Shown in pieces: positions 36,626 through 40,859 of a stretch of 40,859 nucleotides of DNA; position 1 is the first letter of the stretch; each line of letters opens with the position of its first letter. The DNA comes from Verrucomicrobiales bacterium (GTDB taxonomy: Bacteria > Verrucomicrobiota > Verrucomicrobiia > Limisphaerales > DUCD01). The notes beneath the pieces were generated by a model that was not told the origin of the DNA, ran no database searches, and saw only the letters and a list, made by a program, of their open reading frames with translations. The stretch spans positions 3,178 through 44,036 of the forward strand of contig DUCD01000030.1 of assembly GCA_012959985.1 (NCBI GenBank), written 5' to 3'. Both the position numbers and the translations under genes were made by a program.

Positions 36626-37564
36626 TCATTTACCGGAACTTCCGGATTTTGAGGATCTTTTGACGGCCTGTTCGCGCAGATTAAACGCTTTCCTGGGATG
36701 TTTCCAGATGCGACCGGCTTCATTGGCGATAACCAGAAACTCCCGGTCATAACAGATGGCTTCGCATTGACCGAAAAGTCCGGCAATCTTCTGCGAGGAT
36801 TCTTTGAGCAGGTCGGTTTCCCCGTCGACCTTGAAAAAGGAAACACCGGTATAGGTCAAAACGGCCAGCTCTTTCGATTCTGCATTGTAACAGGCATCAG
36901 TTACTGAACCCTTGATTGGCATCCGCCCTACTTTACGGGCGATTGGCAGGCGTCCGGGTATTAATTCATCCAAGCAGTAAATCACAGAGCTTGAAGCAAA
37001 CAGGTTCTTTTTGGCGATCAGATACAGGCGATCTTCCATAAGGAACACCGCCTCACAATTTACTGACCGGCCTTGGGGGTATTGAAAATCAATCCGCACG
37101 GCCTTGCCGGAGGTTGCCTCCAAGTTCGGCTCTTTCATAAGGTAGATCTGGTAACGATCCCTTTTCAGATCATTGTCCCCCACATCGGCAATGAGGAGGT
37201 TTTCTTCATCTACTCGCTGCATGGCCTCCCAATCCTTGTTTTTAGAATCGGCGATGACAACAGAACCGAGAACCTGACCTGTTTCATCGAATTTGAAAAT
37301 ACGATTGGAATGGCCGGAATCATTATGTGCCCAATATTGGTTCGGTGTTTGGGTCGGAACGATTCCGGACAATTCAGTCAAATCACTGTCGACGATCAAC
37401 CCGGTCGGCAGTTGAAAGGATTTTCCACCCTGCAAAGTGATACACCCGGGGCTCATCAGCAGTATTGAAACGAATCCAACAATTCGGAAGAAACCTGCAG
37501 AAGAATTCCGATCTTTCTGGATAACTGTATTTGATGGAGTGTTAATTCCTGTAGAACTCATCAA
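36626..37564 (-). CDS. Putative lipoprotein, beta-propeller-like (phytase-like / SdiA-regulated-like), function unknown
   Basis: 312 aa with the hydrophobic signal and Cys FVSILLMSPGC. Blocks LTELSGIV...YWAHNDSG, DWEAMQRVDEENLLIADVGDN...RYQIYLMKEP suggest a propeller-blade fold. The family assignment is tentative. Confidence 0.5.
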   Translation of the reverse strand: MMSSTGINTPSNTVIQKDRNSSAGFFRIVGFVSILLMSPGCITLQGGKSFQLPTGLIVDSDLTELSGIVPTQTPNQYWAHNDSGHSNRIFKFDETGQVLGSVVIADSKNKDWEAMQRVDEENLLIADVGDNDLKRDRYQIYLMKEPNLEATSGKAVRIDFQYPQGRSVNCEAVFLMEDRLYLIAKKNLFASSSVIYCLDELIPGRLPIARKVGRMPIKGSVTDACYNAESKELAVLTYTGVSFFKVDGETDLLKESSQKIAGLFGQCEAICYDREFLVIANEAGRIWKHPRKAFNLREQAVKRSSKSGSSGK

Positions 37565-37866
37565 TCGTTTTCAATTTCTTCAATCCCGGATTCAAAGGGA
37601 ATATTCAACTCAGAACTCTGGTCCATGTCATTCAAAATCATCTCGACAGGTGTCAGATATGTTTTGCGGTTATTGCAGGACTTGCAACAAGGAACCACAT
37701 TGCCCTTCCGGCTTTTTCCATCCCGGGAAAGTGGAATGACATGATCCATTGTCAATTCTTCAGGACGAAATGACTGTTTGCAATAGTGACAGACACCTTT
37801 GGCTATTTCGTTTCGCCACCATTGGGTCTTTCTTAACCGTCTGGCCTTTTCTTTCTCTTTGGACAT
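37561..37866 (-). CDS. Small HNH endonuclease
   Basis: 101 aa. The HNH motif is CHYCKQSF...LTMDHVIPLSRDGKSRKGNVVPCCKSCNNRK. Its stop overlaps the start of the downstream lipoprotein gene (4-nt overlap, 37561-37564). Confidence 0.85.
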   Translation of the reverse strand: MSKEKEKARRLRKTQWWRNEIAKGVCHYCKQSFRPEELTMDHVIPLSRDGKSRKGNVVPCCKSCNNRKTYLTPVEMILNDMDQSSELNIPFESGIEEIEND

Positions 37867-38054
37867 AAATCAACCCGGTTCAGGGGCAAATTCCACCAAC
37901 AGGAATAAGCTGTCCCTGCCTGACCTGCAAGGCTTCGTTGAAACATGGACGACCCGACAGGTCACTCGACGGGCGTTATCGGGCGATTCTGCGACGCCCT
38001 GAGACAGTATTCCCACCCATTTCAAGATTCATTAGACATGTCCTACTTGATCCA

Positions 38055-38206
38055 TGGTGCGATTAAAAGTGCGGGGAATAATTTGCTGTAGCGTCGGCTG
38101 TCCTCAGCCGAAAATACCGCTGGTTTCACTGGAAATGCGCTGAGGACAGCGCACGCTACAGTTCAAGGCGTTAACCTGTTCTCTCCCCGCACTTTTAATC
38201 ACCCCC
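38055..38206. mobile_element. MITE (~152 bp) with terminal inverted repeats, an internal 23-bp palindrome and a 9-bp target-site duplication
   Basis: The TIRs are ggtgcgattaaaagtgcgggga (38056-38077) and tccccgcacttttaatcaccc (38184-38204), with 17 contiguous matches then a 1-nt indel. The inner IR is ctgtagcgtcggctgtcctcagc (38086-38108) versus gctgaggacagcgcacgctacag (38139-38161). A flanking direct repeat cttgatcca sits at 38046-38054 and 38207-38215. Confidence 0.7.
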
Positions 38207-38283
38207 CTTGATCCACAATCATCAAAAATTTGATTGTTTCTGCTCGAGGATTCCTTAACCTCCCCCTTCACACCAACCACATC

Positions 38284-39879
38284 ATGAGCAACTATGATTC
38301 TTCTGATCCTTCGGACAACTCCTCAGTGACATCCGGAATCGAATCCCCACCCCAGAGGCTCTCGGGAATCTTGAAACGATTGGGTCCCGGTTTAATAGTC
38401 GCCGGCTCGATCGTTGGATCAGGGGAATTGATTGCCACGACAAAAACCGGTGCGGAAGCCGGTTTCAGCCTTTTGTGGCTGATCCTCATCGGGTGTTTCA
38501 TCAAGGTATTCACGCAAATCGAATTCGGCCGATTTACCATCGCTACGGGACAAACAACGCTGGCAGGGCTGAATCAGGTTCCGGGTCCCCGATTCCGAGT
38601 CAACTGGATCGTCTGGGGATGGCTTTTCATGACAATTCTGGTCCTGGCGCAACAAGGCGGTATCGCCGGGGGTGTCGGTCAGGCTCTATCCATCAGCTTT
38701 CCATTGACGGAAAACGGTCGACAATTCAATGAGGTTCAGGATTCCCGAGTAAAACTCAAGGTGAATCAGGCGTTGCTTCAACGATATCAGCAGGAGTCAG
38801 GTGAGAATCCTTCCACTTCACAAACGAAACAGATCCACCATATTCAAAGTGAAATCACTCTTTTGGAGAAAAAACTCAGCACGTTCAGCACCTCTCCCAA
38901 ATCCAATGACGACATCATCTGGGCGGCGATCATCATCCTGTTTACAACCGGTCTGCTCTGGGTTGGCAAATACGGTTTTATCCAGACATTCGCGACGGTA
39001 ATGGTCGCGTCGTTTACGGCCGTCACCCTTTTTACGGTTATTCGTCTGCAGAGACAGCCCGACTGGTCAATTAACTGGAGCCAATTATGGGAAGGCCTGC
39101 GTTTCAGTCTTCCCGAACCTTCTGCCGACAACCCTTCAGCACGCCCACTACAGACTGCCCTGGCAACTTTCGGCATCATCGGGGTCGGGGCTGCTGAGTT
39201 GATCATGTATCCTTATTGGTGTCTGGAAAAAGGTTATGCCCGGTTTACCGGCCCCAAGGAACCATCCGACTCATGGATGGGACGCGCCCGGGGGTGGATG
39301 CGGGTCATGCGAATCGATGCCTGGTGTTCCATGGCCATCTATACCTTTGCCACCGTCGCCTTCTTTTTTCTGGGTGCAACCGTTTTGTTCCGCACCTCAT
39401 TAAACCCCGAAGGAGCCGACCTGATTCGAACCCTGGCGGAAATGTACGTCCCGGTATTCGGCCCCAAAGCTCATTCCATGTTTTTATTCGGAGCGGTTGC
39501 CGTCCTCTATTCCACGTTGTTCGTGGCCTTGGCTTCAACCGCATTAGTGGCTTCGGACGCCGTCAGGGTGTTCGGATTCCGAGATGACTCCGAAGCCTCT
39601 AAAAAAACTTGGTACAGTCGGTTTTGCCTCGCCTTTCCACTGATTGCCTTGTCGATGCTGCTCATGGTTCCGAAGTCACCGGAAAAGCTGGTACTGGCCA
39701 GCGGAGTTGCCCAGGCATTGATGCTGCCTGCACTGGGATGTGGCGCCTTGTTCTTCCGGTATAAAAAATGCGATCCGGAATTGCGTCCCGGACGACTGTG
39801 GGACCTATTTCTCTGGTTATCTGCTTTAGGATTTCTAGTAGCAGGCGCCTGGCTGGCATGGTTCAAACTATTCTCCTGA
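38284..39879 (+). CDS. NRAMP-superfamily transporter homologue (non-canonical metal-site motif, long loop insertion)
   Basis: ORF 38230 (TTG)..39879. The likely start is ATG 38284. The N-terminal block LKRLGPGLIVAGSIVGSGELIATTKTGAEAGFSLLWLILIG is colinear with the NRAMP/MntH TM1-TM2 region. There are about 11-12 hydrophobic segments. Confidence 0.65.
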   Translation: MSNYDSSDPSDNSSVTSGIESPPQRLSGILKRLGPGLIVAGSIVGSGELIATTKTGAEAGFSLLWLILIGCFIKVFTQIEFGRFTIATGQTTLAGLNQVPGPRFRVNWIVWGWLFMTILVLAQQGGIAGGVGQALSISFPLTENGRQFNEVQDSRVKLKVNQALLQRYQQESGENPSTSQTKQIHHIQSEITLLEKKLSTFSTSPKSNDDIIWAAIIILFTTGLLWVGKYGFIQTFATVMVASFTAVTLFTVIRLQRQPDWSINWSQLWEGLRFSLPEPSADNPSARPLQTALATFGIIGVGAAELIMYPYWCLEKGYARFTGPKEPSDSWMGRARGWMRVMRIDAWCSMAIYTFATVAFFFLGATVLFRTSLNPEGADLIRTLAEMYVPVFGPKAHSMFLFGAVAVLYSTLFVALASTALVASDAVRVFGFRDDSEASKKTWYSRFCLAFPLIALSMLLMVPKSPEKLVLASGVAQALMLPALGCGALFFRYKKCDPELRPGRLWDLFLWLSALGFLVAGAWLAWFKLFS

Positions 39880-39893
39880 AACCCATCCTACTC

Positions 39894-40778
39894 ATGAAGA
39901 ATTCACTGTCTTTCCTTTTGCTATGGAGTGTTCTATGGCCGCAGATAAGCCAGTTACGCGCGGAAAAACCTCTCCCTTCCACCGCATCCGCAAAAGATGG
40001 CACGGCGATTCCCTTGTTCAACGGCAAAGATTTATCCGGATTCTATACTTGGCTGAGAGATACCCAATATGAAGATCCGAGAGAAGTATTCTCTGTTGTC
40101 GACGGCGTGATTCGAATCTCTGGTGACGGATTCGGTTATCTGGCAACTGAGGGTGAATACAGTGATTACCATTTGTCATTCGAATTCAAATGGGGTTCAA
40201 GGAACTGGCGCGGCCGGGAGAACAAAGCCCGTGATTCCGGTGTTTTTCTTCACGCCACCGGATCAGACGGAAACAGTGTCGATGGAAATGGAGCCTTCAT
40301 GGCTGCCCTCGAATGCCAGATCATGGAAGGATGTTTAGGAGATATTCTATTGATAAGAGGACTCGAGAAAAACGGGACCCGAATTCACCCAGGCATCTCC
40401 TTTCAAGCAGATGCAAAACCGGATGAAGCAGGTCAGTTTTTCTGGAATCCCGAAGGAAAGCAACGGACCTTGAAAAAGTGGGGACGTCTAAACTGGATTG
40501 AAAAGTCCAGGCGTTGGAAAGATATCCCAGGATTTAAAAGTGAGACGGGGGCAAATAAACCGATACAGGAATGGGTTCGGGTTGAGTGTAATTGCGTTGC
40601 TAACAACCTTATCATTCGGATCAATGGAAAAGTGGTTAATCAGGCAAACCGGGTCTTTCCTGATCGAGGTAAGATTCTGTTTCAATGCGAGGGTTCGGAA
40701 ATCTTTTATCGACGAATTGAATTGAAAACTAGCGGTAAAAACAAAATAATCCCAGAAAACAGGATACTTCTGCAATAG
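39894..40778 (+). CDS. DUF1080 (3-keto-disaccharide hydrolase-like) domain protein, secreted
   Basis: ORF 39768..40778. ATG 39894 gives the signal peptide MKNSLSFLLLWSVLWPQISQLRA. Blocks IPLFNGKDLSGFYTW, DGVIRISGDGFGYLATEGEYSDYHLSFEFKW, DSGVFLH and ILFQCEGSEIFYRRIEL are typical of DUF1080. Confidence 0.85.
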   Translation: MKNSLSFLLLWSVLWPQISQLRAEKPLPSTASAKDGTAIPLFNGKDLSGFYTWLRDTQYEDPREVFSVVDGVIRISGDGFGYLATEGEYSDYHLSFEFKWGSRNWRGRENKARDSGVFLHATGSDGNSVDGNGAFMAALECQIMEGCLGDILLIRGLEKNGTRIHPGISFQADAKPDEAGQFFWNPEGKQRTLKKWGRLNWIEKSRRWKDIPGFKSETGANKPIQEWVRVECNCVANNLIIRINGKVVNQANRVFPDRGKILFQCEGSEIFYRRIELKTSGKNKIIPENRILLQ

Positions 40779-40859
40779 TTTGGAACGTCGACTGCTATAG
40801 CTATTATACTGCTCGGCTTCAAGTTTTCGGAAAATCCCCGAAGTTGAAATTGACGGACT

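Noticed and set aside
38056-38204. Possible yybP-ykoY (Mn2+) riboswitch upstream of the NRAMP-like gene. The segment contains GGGGAAUAAUUUGCUGUAGCGUCGG, reminiscent of the GGGGAGUAGCGUCGG start of that riboswitch as I recall it.
   Set aside because: The element is an almost perfect nested palindrome with terminal inverted repeats and a 9-bp flanking duplication, and I did not find the conserved 3' half (GCAAGACC-type loop). That riboswitch normally controls exporters, not NRAMP importers. A MITE explains the data better.
1-40859. Search by eye for tRNA (GGTTCGAATCC-type T-loops), rRNA, tmRNA, CRISPR arrays and integrase/transposase genes.
   Set aside because: I recognised none. This is a negative result from visual inspection only and should be confirmed with tRNAscan-SE/Infernal/minced.

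Overview
40.9-kb chromosomal window, roughly 50% GC by eye. The gene content looks like a PVC-superphylum bacterium (Verrucomicrobiota/Planctomycetota type): a DUF1549/DUF1553 + DUF1501 pair, DUF1080, a sulfatase, a CBM9/DUF5916 outer-membrane protein, and large PA14/discoidin and LRR surface proteins. I can support about 27 protein-coding genes. They include two convergent RND efflux pairs (adaptor + pump), an lsrACDB-ordered sugar ABC transporter, arfB, two SAM methyltransferases and an NRAMP-like transporter. There are also two small clusters of unclear function. One is a Nuc-like PLD + lipase-motif hydrolase operon, divergent from a YiiX-like cysteine hydrolase. The other is an HNH nuclease - lipoprotein - J-domain operon. 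I recognised no rRNA, tRNA or CRISPR array by eye. The window shows local decay: two genes with single-nucleotide frameshifts, at least three gene remnants, one MITE with terminal inverted repeats and a 9-bp target-site duplication, and a family of structured intergenic repeats. All homology calls come from motif recognition and memory, not database searches. Start codons are best guesses.
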